A stretch of 64,000 nucleotides of DNA from an uncultured Gemmatimonadales bacterium. Its GTDB lineage: Bacteria > Gemmatimonadota > Gemmatimonadetes > Gemmatimonadales > Gemmatimonadaceae. Position numbers and translations under genes: made by a program. Below, piece by piece: positions 50,775-60,014 of this stretch. Below the pieces are notes generated by a model. The model worked only from the letters and a program-made list of their open reading frames with translations. It did no database searches and was not told the DNA's origin. The DNA is taken from NCBI GenBank assembly GCA_963793305.1, contig CAWBZV010000003.1:1344001-1408000 (forward strand). The letters run 5' to 3'. How positions within the stretch are numbered: position 1 is the stretch's first letter; each line of letters opens with the position of its first letter.

Positions 50775-53700
50775 ATGTGTAGCACGTGCAGCCGCAATGT
50801 CGATCCGATGCCAGGTCAACGCACGAATCAGTCGCGAGCCGGTGCGGTATGGGGTATGAGCGTGTGGTGGGTACTCGCGCTCTGTGTCGGAGCGAGTGGT
50901 GGGGCTCCGCGATCACTCCAGGCGCAACAAGTCTGCCAGAGTCCCGACCATGAACTCAGCATTGGGAGCACGACCAATGGGCAGAATTGCAACCAATCGT
51001 CGAATGTCGCCTTGAGCCAGACGGGCCTACAGCAAACATGGCCGTGGGCTGACAATCTGAACATTCTCACCACATTCACTGTAACCGGGTGCAGTGGCAT
51101 CGTGACATCGTGCTCCGTGTCGCCGACGAGTTCCACTAACACGTCGGGTACGGTGACCGTGACGTACAACACGAGCGCCACAGGGGGAGCGGGCACTATA
51201 ACGGTCCGAATGAAGGACAGTACCGACTTCGTAGTTGCCACGCTCAACGTCACGTCGCCCTACACGCTCAGTACGGCATTCACGAATGGCACGGATCAAT
51301 CGTTGGCGCGATGTGCCCAGTCGTGCTTTGCCGCGGTGGCCACTGTCGGGACGCCGCCGTATATCTCGATGGACGCCCCGCGAACGATCGGCCTCGTATA
51401 CAACGGGGATCGCGTCCGAGCGCGGCCGTTCATTTACGCGGACGTCGCATCGGGCGGCTCACCACTGCCAACCAACTACCAGCTTCAGGTGACCACGAGC
51501 ACTGGCGCGAAGCTCAAGTTCACCAATGGCGACACCGTCCTGACGTTCGCTGGTGGGGCGAGCGGTCGACTCGCTGGTCAGCTGGCACTCGATAGCACGA
51601 TTGCGACCGGTCCCATGGCCGTGACGGTCACGACGATCGCGAACTATCCCTCGAACCAGGAGTCGCAAAGCACGCCGATGACCATCGTGGTCGACAACGA
51701 ACGCAACTCGCCCGTCGCTCACGGCTGGACACTCGCTGGCATCCAGCACATGTACGTGCAGACGTTTACCAGCTCCATCCTCGTCACCGAGGGGAGCGGG
51801 AGCGCGGAGGTATTCACGGCCTGCACAACGGGAGGCTGCACGGCCCCGGCGGGCGAGTACTCGACGATCACGTATTCCGGCTCGTTCCCCGCGACCACGT
51901 ACGTGCGGAAATATCCGGACTCGTCGAGAGTGACATTCAACAATCTCGGCCAGATGATCACATTGGCCGACGCGTTCGGCAACAGTGATTCGTTGGCGTA
52001 CGACGCTCAAGGCCGACTCATCGCGCTGTACGATCCGTTTCGGAAGATCAGCGGCTCCGGACGATCGTACGTACAGCTCGTCTACGGGTCGACGTATGGC
52101 CTCTCGTCGATTACCTCGCCAGGGGCCAGCGGGTCGTTGACGGGCGGGCGCACATCGACATTCCAAGTCAATGCTAGCGACTCCACCCTCACGGCAGTGT
52201 ACGATCCGGATGGATACCATACGGCATTCGGCTACGATAGTCGCAAACGACTGTCCTGGCAGCGCGATCGTCGTGGTGATACGACGAAGTTCGGTTACGA
52301 CAACCTCTCGTTTAAGCTGGACAGCATCACGACACCGCCAGTGCCTGTAGACAGTGGAGGCGGCAAAACGTACGGACAGCTGCAAGCGCTCCTCACGAAG
52401 TTGAGCCCATGGCAGATCGTTGGCGTGCCGACCAGCCCAACGTCGCCGAGTTCGCCGGCCCCTCTCGGATCGACCAGTCCGCAAGGTTCGGTGACGGATC
52501 CGGCTGGCCATCAGACGAGTTGGACTGTCAATAGGTGGGGTGAAGCGCTCGTGATGACGAACGCGCTCGGGGCACAGGCAACCGTATCCATCGCTGACAG
52601 TAACCCTGTGCCGCAGAAGCTGACGACGTCGCGTGGTGGTGTGTACACCTGGACCTGGACCGGGTCTACAGTCACGTCGGTTAGTCCACCCGGCGCTGGA
52701 ACCACGACTATGCTGTACAATAGCGGCTACTCGATTGCCGACAGCGTCGTTGTTCCCGGCCAACCGTCCCAGCGTCGTTTTGTTGGAATAGGGGGGCGCA
52801 TAGACTCCGTCCGGTTCGCGAGTATCGCCGGCCGCACGATCCACTACACCTATGACACGCGCGGCCGCACTCTCCAAATGTCCGATATCCATGGCCACAT
52901 CACGAATTACCACTACGACACGGTGTTCGGCAATCAGGACAGCGTGCAGTCGCCCGGAAACCGCGTCGCCGTAAAGCGATTTGATCGGTTCGGTCGCGAC
53001 TCCGCGCTGTATAGCGATAACACGGCACAGACCACCATCGTCTACGACTCCCTGAATCGTGTGGTTCAGGTCAATGATGGCGTCAACCCGAGTCCGACCG
53101 TGTCGACATATGACTCGTTGTTCCTGCTTCGCATCGTGGATGCAAAGGGTCAGCTCCACAAGCAAGATGTCGACGCCATGGGCCGCCCCTCCCGAGTCTA
53201 TGACGCCGGAGACACCACGAAATACACGTCGTATCGCTACAGTGCGGATGGGTCGCTTACCGGCGAGACAAATCGCCGCGGACAGCAATTCACACTGACC
53301 TACGATGCGATTCATCGAAACGTGACCAACTCCCGTACGGTGGGCGGTGTGGTCGTGGCGCTCGATTCGACGAAATACGATGTCGCCGGCTTGCTGACGG
53401 TGAGCTCGAACAGCGCGGCGCGCGACTCACTCTTCGTCGACTCGACCGGCTGGACCGACTCCGTTGTGACGCGCTTCGCCAACGTGCACCAGCGATTCAG
53501 GATCCGGTACGGTCACGACAACCTGATGCGTCTCGATACGACGATCGTCGGAGACAGCCTCGGATTGGGACTCGTCCCGCGGTACTTGAGCTACGATTCC
53601 GTTACCGGTGCGATTTCGAAGATCGCGCTGTCATCCACAACCGGGCTCTCGACGAAATTCGGTATCAACACCGAGTTCAATCAGGTCAAAGTGAGCTTTC

Positions 53701-55283
53701 CCGGGACGGACAGTACCGGCAAGCCTGGGGCATTGCAGGATACGCTGACGAGCTCACACCTGCCGTTTCAACGCCAGTTTACGAGCTCGGTGCTCGACAA
53801 CCCGATGAACCAGAAGTTCGGCTACGATTCGCTCGGTCGGTTCCGAACCGATATCACGGTGAACACCGCACTGAATGAGTGGAACATCAATCGGTACTGG
53901 TATGACCAACTCGGGCGGCTGCAATCTCGCCACTTTAAAGACTCGACCGGGTTGTGCGGCGCGGACACGACCTATGGCTATCAGTGCACGAACGTAAACC
54001 AAGCGGATACGCTGTCGTACGATGCGGCCAACAATCTTACGGGCGGCCAGATCTTCGGGGATTCCGTCAAGGGCGGGTATCGCACCGGCAACCGGGATAC
54101 GACACTGTTCGGCGTGACCCACACGTTCGATGCCGATGGCAATGTCCTGACGAACGGATCACGACAGTTCTTCTGGGGCGTCGAGGGTCACCTGGACAGC
54201 GTCGTGGCTGGAACGGTCGTTCTGCACTACGAATACGATGCGCTGGGTCGATTGGTCAAGCGCTCGAGGAATGGCACGTTGGAGCGACTCTTCCTATGGG
54301 ATGGCAGTCAGCTGCTCGCTGAACTCAACGGGGCCGGTAGCCAACGAATCGGCGAGTATGTGTCGAGCGGGATGGACTCGCCATTCGCATTCATTAATAC
54401 GGTGTTGCTGTCCAAAACGGTGAGCTACTACGTCCAAGATCCGGTCGGCACCACCGTCGGATTGGTGCGGAGCGACTCCAATAGCGCGCAAGCCGTGCGG
54501 GAGCAGTATTCATATACCGTTCTCGGTGCGCCTTCGACGGTGATCGACTCGGGGCTCGCCAACCGAATGCAGTGGAAAGGCATGGTCTACGAGGGCGACT
54601 CAACGCGGTTGTACTATGCGCGGGCTCGGTGGTACGATCCGCAGCAGGGACGGTTCATGAGCGAGGACCCCACTGGTGCGGCCAACGGGCTGAACCAGTA
54701 CACATTCGCTACCGGCGATCCTGTCAATGGTCGGGATCCTACCGGCACGTGCGACGGAGGCGGCCCCGTAATCGAGCCGGGCGATTTGCTCTCGTTTGAC
54801 GATGATCCCTGCGATCCTCCTCCAGCGGTTGAAGATACAACTACACCTCCTCCCCCACCGAGTGACACGTTGCCTCAGGCGTGTGGGGATGGGGTCAACG
54901 TGGACGTCACCTTTTGTCCGAGCCAGGGCGTAGTTAGCGCGGATTCGGTCTACTGTTCGAATCAGACCCAGTCTGGTGGAGCGTGTAATATGTACCCGAC
55001 TCGGTACTTCGGAACGCACTGGTGTGGCCCCGGCGGAGCAGGGCCGACTGTAAATGCCCTTGACGCCGCTTGCCAAGCGCACGACGCGTGCTATGCGGCG
55101 GGCGGGTTCAATTCGCTTTCCAACTGGACTCCATATGGTCCCTTTTCAACCGCCCAATTTGCGTTGATCTCGTGCAATCAAGCTCTGTGCAATGCAGCGC
55201 GATCGCCTGCAGTTCGGAATATTCGAGGGGCTACGTATGTTCTGCTATATTTCAAGAGCGTCCCCTACGGTGGTTGTACGTAG
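50775..55283 (+). CDS. Rhs/YD-repeat protein with predicted signal peptide and C-terminal phospholipase A2-like domain
   Basis: Many YD repeats (YDAQGRL, YDSLNR, YDALGRL); Rhs core YYARARWYDPQQGRFMSEDP...DPVNGRDPTG; C-terminus YFGTHWCGPG...LDAACQAHDACY. Confidence 0.88.
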   Translation: MCSTCSRNVDPMPGQRTNQSRAGAVWGMSVWWVLALCVGASGGAPRSLQAQQVCQSPDHELSIGSTTNGQNCNQSSNVALSQTGLQQTWPWADNLNILTTFTVTGCSGIVTSCSVSPTSSTNTSGTVTVTYNTSATGGAGTITVRMKDSTDFVVATLNVTSPYTLSTAFTNGTDQSLARCAQSCFAAVATVGTPPYISMDAPRTIGLVYNGDRVRARPFIYADVASGGSPLPTNYQLQVTTSTGAKLKFTNGDTVLTFAGGASGRLAGQLALDSTIATGPMAVTVTTIANYPSNQESQSTPMTIVVDNERNSPVAHGWTLAGIQHMYVQTFTSSILVTEGSGSAEVFTACTTGGCTAPAGEYSTITYSGSFPATTYVRKYPDSSRVTFNNLGQMITLADAFGNSDSLAYDAQGRLIALYDPFRKISGSGRSYVQLVYGSTYGLSSITSPGASGSLTGGRTSTFQVNASDSTLTAVYDPDGYHTAFGYDSRKRLSWQRDRRGDTTKFGYDNLSFKLDSITTPPVPVDSGGGKTYGQLQALLTKLSPWQIVGVPTSPTSPSSPAPLGSTSPQGSVTDPAGHQTSWTVNRWGEALVMTNALGAQATVSIADSNPVPQKLTTSRGGVYTWTWTGSTVTSVSPPGAGTTTMLYNSGYSIADSVVVPGQPSQRRFVGIGGRIDSVRFASIAGRTIHYTYDTRGRTLQMSDIHGHITNYHYDTVFGNQDSVQSPGNRVAVKRFDRFGRDSALYSDNTAQTTIVYDSLNRVVQVNDGVNPSPTVSTYDSLFLLRIVDAKGQLHKQDVDAMGRPSRVYDAGDTTKYTSYRYSADGSLTGETNRRGQQFTLTYDAIHRNVTNSRTVGGVVVALDSTKYDVAGLLTVSSNSAARDSLFVDSTGWTDSVVTRFANVHQRFRIRYGHDNLMRLDTTIVGDSLGLGLVPRYLSYDSVTGAISKIALSSTTGLSTKFGINTEFNQVKVSFPGTDSTGKPGALQDTLTSSHLPFQRQFTSSVLDNPMNQKFGYDSLGRFRTDITVNTALNEWNINRYWYDQLGRLQSRHFKDSTGLCGADTTYGYQCTNVNQADTLSYDAANNLTGGQIFGDSVKGGYRTGNRDTTLFGVTHTFDADGNVLTNGSRQFFWGVEGHLDSVVAGTVVLHYEYDALGRLVKRSRNGTLERLFLWDGSQLLAELNGAGSQRIGEYVSSGMDSPFAFINTVLLSKTVSYYVQDPVGTTVGLVRSDSNSAQAVREQYSYTVLGAPSTVIDSGLANRMQWKGMVYEGDSTRLYYARARWYDPQQGRFMSEDPTGAANGLNQYTFATGDPVNGRDPTGTCDGGGPVIEPGDLLSFDDDPCDPPPAVEDTTTPPPPPSDTLPQACGDGVNVDVTFCPSQGVVSADSVYCSNQTQSGGACNMYPTRYFGTHWCGPGGAGPTVNALDAACQAHDACYAAGGFNSLSNWTPYGPFSTAQFALISCNQALCNAARSPAVRNIRGATYVLLYFKSVPYGGCT

Positions 55284-55296
55284 GTGGTCTAGTTCG

Positions 55297-55860
55297 TTGC
55301 CGGGCCTAGCGCCGCTGGCCCTTAGGAGACCCTACGTCCGAGGTTCCTCGACAGTGACATTCAGAGACGAACCTAGTGCACAAGAATCTGGTGAGCACAA
55401 AGCCGGACGTCGCGATCGCCGTCGGTGGTCGCTTGTCGTTGCGCTAGTTGTGGCGATAGGCATCGGAGGTCTGTTCTTCCGGTCAGTAAGTCCGTGGGAC
55501 CATAACGTCGGCGCGTTGATCTTTTTGGAATCTCTCCCGGTGATTGCACTGATCTGGCTCCAACTGCCGGAAGGGCCGCGGGCATTCGGTCCCATCGTCG
55601 CCTATCTGGCCGCGGTGTGGCTTGCGTTCGTGAGTTACGGGATTGCGTCGGACCCCGGTGGGTCCCCAAGTGCGCTCAACCCCTTGCACCCGCCGCCGTT
55701 GAATACGTCTCAGAGCCTCGTCGGCGTGACAATAGCGTGCGCCGCCGTCATGATCTGTGCGTCGCTATATACCCGTGGGCGTGTCCGTATCGCGATGAAC
55801 CTTTGCACGGCTTTGGTATTATCGGCATGCATTGCGGTAAAGACACTCATCTACGTGTGA
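55297..55860 (+). CDS. Multi-pass membrane protein, candidate immunity protein
   Basis: About 5 hydrophobic segments; immediately follows the Rhs stop; start uncertain (TTG 55297 with GGTGG, or GTG 55354). Confidence 0.5.
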   Translation: MPGLAPLALRRPYVRGSSTVTFRDEPSAQESGEHKAGRRDRRRWSLVVALVVAIGIGGLFFRSVSPWDHNVGALIFLESLPVIALIWLQLPEGPRAFGPIVAYLAAVWLAFVSYGIASDPGGSPSALNPLHPPPLNTSQSLVGVTIACAAVMICASLYTRGRVRIAMNLCTALVLSACIAVKTLIYV

Positions 55861-55903
55861 AGTCGTGCGCGGCCTCCAACTTGGCGCCCGTGGCATTGGC
55901 GGA

Positions 55904-57193
55904 TCAGGAAACCCGCACCCAGCGCATGATCTCGGCCAACGAGCGGCGCTTCCCGTACATGAGGATGCCGACGCGGTAGACCCGTGCCGCGAACCAGATG
56001 GCGATGACGTTCGCGACTAGCAGCCCCAGGATCGTCCCCACGATTTCCAAGGGCGGCACCTGGATCAGCGCCAATCGCAGCGGCATGAGGATCGGCGCCG
56101 AGAACGGAATCCACGACACCACGCGCGCGAGCGTGCTCGTCGGACTCAAGAACACGGGTCCAACGAACATGATGCTCAGCACGAGCAGCATCGTGACGGG
56201 CAGTGACGCTTGCTGCGCGTCCTCCTGACTCTCGACCGTCGCGCCGATAGCGGCGAAGAGCGCCGCGTAGAAGAAGAAGCCCAGCAAGAAGATCAACACC
56301 AACTCGATCCCGGCGCCAATGCTGATGGAGCCCGGCAGCGGGATGTTCGCCGATTCGCTCGCGCCGAGCGCGCGCAGGATCGGCGCCCGGAAATGGACGA
56401 TTGCGACCGAGGCGAGGGTCCAGATGATCTGCTGGGTGATCGCGACGCCACCCACGCCGAGGATCTTGCCGGCCAGGAGGGTATCCGGTGGTGCGCTGGC
56501 GACGACGACTTCGGACACGCGGCTCGCTTTCTCGTCCGACACGCCGCGGACGATGCTCTGGCCATAGACGACAATCGTGATGTACAGCAGGATCGCCACG
56601 ATGTAGCCGAACCACGCGCCTGACATGCCCGACCCGCCGAGTCCGTGATCGGTGACGCGCTCGGTATGCAGCTGGACCGGCACCGCGGTCAACGATCGAA
56701 TGCGCGCCGGGTCGAGTCCCGCGCCCACCAATCGCTCGGTGAGCACGGCGTTGCGGACGACCTCGCGTACATGGTCGATATCCTGAATGGCCGATGCGTT
56801 GCGCCCATTGTATCGCGCCGTCTGGCCGGCGAGCGTGCTGTCGGTGAGCACGAGATAGCCGACCCACTTGTTGTGCATGACGGCATTCAGCGCATGGACC
56901 TCGGCCGCCGGGGCCTCATCGCGGGATACGACCTGCAACATCGCGTTCGACGTGTCGGTCGTGACTCCCGCACCGAGGTTGGCGACCACGCGCTGGCCGA
57001 GGCCCGTTCCGGTTTCGTCGATGACGATGATGTGGGAGGCGTCGGCCGAGACGCCGGCGTGCTGCGTCAGCACGATCTGCCCGATGCTGACGCCACCGAA
57101 GAACAGCGGCCCCAGGATCGTCGCGAACAGGAACCAACGCGAACGAACCCGCTCCAGATACTCGCGGCGGATGATGACCCCGAGCTTACCCAT
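55904..57193 (-). CDS. ABC-2 type transporter permease (NatB/YhaP-like)
   Basis: IIRREYLERVRS, DEKASRVSE, AGKILG, YRVGILMYGKR. Confidence 0.88.
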   Translation of the reverse strand: MGKLGVIIRREYLERVRSRWFLFATILGPLFFGGVSIGQIVLTQHAGVSADASHIIVIDETGTGLGQRVVANLGAGVTTDTSNAMLQVVSRDEAPAAEVHALNAVMHNKWVGYLVLTDSTLAGQTARYNGRNASAIQDIDHVREVVRNAVLTERLVGAGLDPARIRSLTAVPVQLHTERVTDHGLGGSGMSGAWFGYIVAILLYITIVVYGQSIVRGVSDEKASRVSEVVVASAPPDTLLAGKILGVGGVAITQQIIWTLASVAIVHFRAPILRALGASESANIPLPGSISIGAGIELVLIFLLGFFFYAALFAAIGATVESQEDAQQASLPVTMLLVLSIMFVGPVFLSPTSTLARVVSWIPFSAPILMPLRLALIQVPPLEIVGTILGLLVANVIAIWFAARVYRVGILMYGKRRSLAEIMRWVRVS

Positions 57194-58139
57194 GTCCCGA
57201 CATCCCCTCGGCGACGCCGACGGCGCCGACCCGCTGGAGGAAGATCTTGTGCAGCGACGGCTGCACGACCTCGAACCGCGTGATCTCGGCGCCGGCGCCG
57301 ACCAAGCGCTCGAGCAGGTGTTGCGCCCGCGCATTCGCCGCGAGCTCGATCTCGAGCGTCCGCTGCTCGCGATTGACGCTCTCGACGAGAGAGCGATCCT
57401 CTAACACGCGATCCACCGCGGCAGATGTCCCGTTGGCGGTCGCCAACGCGATCGTGCGCCCGGCATGTTCCGCGCGCACGTCCGTGACCGGGCCATCGAG
57501 GACCTTCGAGCCCTTGGCGATGATACACACCGAGTCGCATAGGCGCTCGGCGTTGTCCATGAGGTGCGTGCTGAAGATGACCGTGCGCCCGCGCTGGCGG
57601 AGCTCGACGACCGTGTCGTTGAGTGCCTGCGCATTGATCGGATCCAGCCCGCTGAACGGCTCGTCGAGTATGACGAGCTCGGGATCGTGCAGCAGCGTCC
57701 CGATGAACTGGACCTTCTGCTGCATGCCGCGGGACAACTCGTCGACCTTCTTGTCACCCCACTCGGTGAGCCCGAGCCGCGTAAGCCATTCGTCTATGTG
57801 CCGGTCGACATCCCGTCGCGTCATCCCTTTCAACTCGCCCAGGAACCGCAGGACCCGGCGCACTTGCATCTTGCGATACAACCCGCGTTCCTCGGGGAGA
57901 TAGCCAATCCGGTCGGTCACGCCTTTGGCGCCGCTCGGCAAGCCGAGCACGTTGATCGTGCCGCGGTCCGGGACGATCACGTTCAGGATCATCCGGATCG
58001 TCGTCGTCTTCCCGGCGCCGTTCGGGCCGAGCAACCCGTAGACGCTTCCCCGGGGAACGGCGAGCGACAACCCCTGTACGGCCACGTGGCCATCGAAGGT
58101 TTTTTGTACGTCTCGAATGTCGACCGCGAGATCGCTCAT
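57186..58139 (-). CDS. ABC transporter ATP-binding protein
   Basis: GPNGAGKT, GYLPEERGLY, LSRGMQQK, LDEPFSGLDP. Confidence 0.92.
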   Translation of the reverse strand: MSDLAVDIRDVQKTFDGHVAVQGLSLAVPRGSVYGLLGPNGAGKTTTIRMILNVIVPDRGTINVLGLPSGAKGVTDRIGYLPEERGLYRKMQVRRVLRFLGELKGMTRRDVDRHIDEWLTRLGLTEWGDKKVDELSRGMQQKVQFIGTLLHDPELVILDEPFSGLDPINAQALNDTVVELRQRGRTVIFSTHLMDNAERLCDSVCIIAKGSKVLDGPVTDVRAEHAGRTIALATANGTSAAVDRVLEDRSLVESVNREQRTLEIELAANARAQHLLERLVGAGAEITRFEVVQPSLHKIFLQRVGAVGVAEGMSGHG

Positions 58140-58224
58140 ATTCGTGATAGTATACTACGCACGCGGTACCGGAGGAGTTTCAGTGCGCGTCGCGCGGAGC
58201 GCACGCGTACACTAACTTGCCGCC

Positions 58225-58983
58225 GTGTCGAGAGTTGCCACGATCGTGGTAGGTCTAGCCGCATCGCTGCTGTTACTGTTTCTCGCCGCCCCACTCGCCG
58301 AGCTCGTCGTCTCGGGCGGTAGGCAGGGCCTGCACGCGTTGGGGAGCGATGCCGAGCTGCGCGACGCACTCGTGTTGACCGCCGCCACGGCGACAACGGC
58401 CACGCTCCTCGGACTCCTCGCGGGCACACCGATCGCCTACCTGCTCGCCCGCCGCGCCTTCCCAGGTCGCGCAGCACTCGCCGCGCTGCTGGATCTCCCG
58501 GTGCTGATCCCACACCCGGTCGCGGGCATCGCGCTGCTCCTCGCCCTCGGCCGCCACACCGCGGTCGGCTCCGCATTGTTCGCCGCCGGACTCCGCATCA
58601 CCGGCACCCCCACGGGAATCGTGAGCGCGATGCTCTTCGTCTCGTGCCCGCTCTACCTGAGCGCCGCGCGCGAGACGTTCGACCGCGTCGACTCCCGCTT
58701 CGAGACCGTGGCTCGCACCCTCGGCGATCCACCCTGGCGCGTATTCCGCCGCGTGACACTCCCACTCGCATCCCGCGGTCTCGTCGCCGCCGCCGTCATC
58801 ATGTGGGCCCGCGCCGTCAGCGAGTTCGGCGCCGTCGTGATCCTCACGTACAACCCGCAAGTCGCCAGCGTCTTGAGCTACGACCGGTTCACGACCTACG
58901 GTCTCCCAGGCGCACTCCCCGTCGCGGCCGTGCTCGTCCTGCTCGCGTTGATTCCACTCGCCATTCTCCACCGCCTGCGATGA
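58225..58983 (+). CDS. Molybdate/tungstate ABC permease (ModB/WtpB-like)
   Basis: DLPVLIPHPVAGIALL, ARTLG, WARAVSEFGA. Confidence 0.85.
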   Translation: MSRVATIVVGLAASLLLLFLAAPLAELVVSGGRQGLHALGSDAELRDALVLTAATATTATLLGLLAGTPIAYLLARRAFPGRAALAALLDLPVLIPHPVAGIALLLALGRHTAVGSALFAAGLRITGTPTGIVSAMLFVSCPLYLSAARETFDRVDSRFETVARTLGDPPWRVFRRVTLPLASRGLVAAAVIMWARAVSEFGAVVILTYNPQVASVLSYDRFTTYGLPGALPVAAVLVLLALIPLAILHRLR

Positions 58984-60014
58984 TCGACGTCGCCGGCCTC
59001 TCCGCGCGCGCGGGGACGTTCTCGCTCACGGACATCACGTTTCAAGTTCCCGCGCGTGGATACGGCGTGGTCATCGGCCCGGCAGGCGCGGGGAAGACGA
59101 CGCTGCTCGAAGTGCTCGCGGGTGTCATCCCGATGACGTCAGGTACGGTGCGGCTGGCCGACCGCGACATGCACGGAGTCCCTCCCGAAGCACGAGGCAT
59201 CGGCCTCGTGTACCAGCACGCCTATCTCTTCCCGCATCTCTCCGTCGCCGACAACGTCACCTACGGCACGAGCGACCTGGCGTTCGCGCACGATGTGGCC
59301 CGTCGCCTCGGCGTCCACGCGCTCATGGACCGCCCTGTTCAGGCGCTGAGCGGTGGCGAGCGCCAGCTCGTGGCCCTCACGCGCGCGATCGCGCCACGTC
59401 CCCCGATCCTGCTACTGGATGAGCCATTCGTCGCGCTCGATCCCCGCCGCCGCGCGGCGATCCGACGCGAGGTCCGCGCCCTCTACCGGGAGCTCGGGTC
59501 GACGGTCCTACAGGTTACGCACGACTTCACCGAAGCCGGGCTCCTTGGCGACGTTGCCGTGCTGCTGGACGCCGGACGCGTGTTGCAAGCCGGGCCACCC
59601 GAGGAAATCTTCCGCAAGCCCGCCTCGAGCGAAGTCGCGGCCTTCCTCGGCGCCGAGAACGTCTTTGCCGGCACCGTCGTGGTGCTCGGCGACGGGACGG
59701 TCGAGTTCCACACGTCCGACGGCGCTATGACGTTCGTGGCCGCTGGCGACGCCACGCCCGGCCCGGGGCACGCGGTCGTGGCCGCCGACGAGATCGTCCT
59801 CTCGCCGACGGCGATCGCGTCGTCGGCACGTAACGTATTTCACGGGTACGTCGAGGCCGTCGAACGATCTGGCCCTCTCTCTCGCGTGACCGTAATGGTC
59901 GACGGCGCCCCACTCGTGGCGGCCCTGACCACGCGTTCCGCGTCGGAGCTGCGGCTGGATCCAGGTACGCCGGTCATCGCCTCCTTCAAGGCAATGGCGG
60001 TGCATCTGTGCTAA
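58980..60014 (+). CDS. Molybdate/tungstate ABC ATPase with TOBE domain (ModC/WtpC-like)
   Basis: GPAGAGKT, LFPHLSV, LSGGE, SSARN...FKAMAV; ATG 58980. Confidence 0.85.
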   Translation: MIDVAGLSARAGTFSLTDITFQVPARGYGVVIGPAGAGKTTLLEVLAGVIPMTSGTVRLADRDMHGVPPEARGIGLVYQHAYLFPHLSVADNVTYGTSDLAFAHDVARRLGVHALMDRPVQALSGGERQLVALTRAIAPRPPILLLDEPFVALDPRRRAAIRREVRALYRELGSTVLQVTHDFTEAGLLGDVAVLLDAGRVLQAGPPEEIFRKPASSEVAAFLGAENVFAGTVVVLGDGTVEFHTSDGAMTFVAAGDATPGPGHAVVAADEIVLSPTAIASSARNVFHGYVEAVERSGPLSRVTVMVDGAPLVAALTTRSASELRLDPGTPVIASFKAMAVHLC

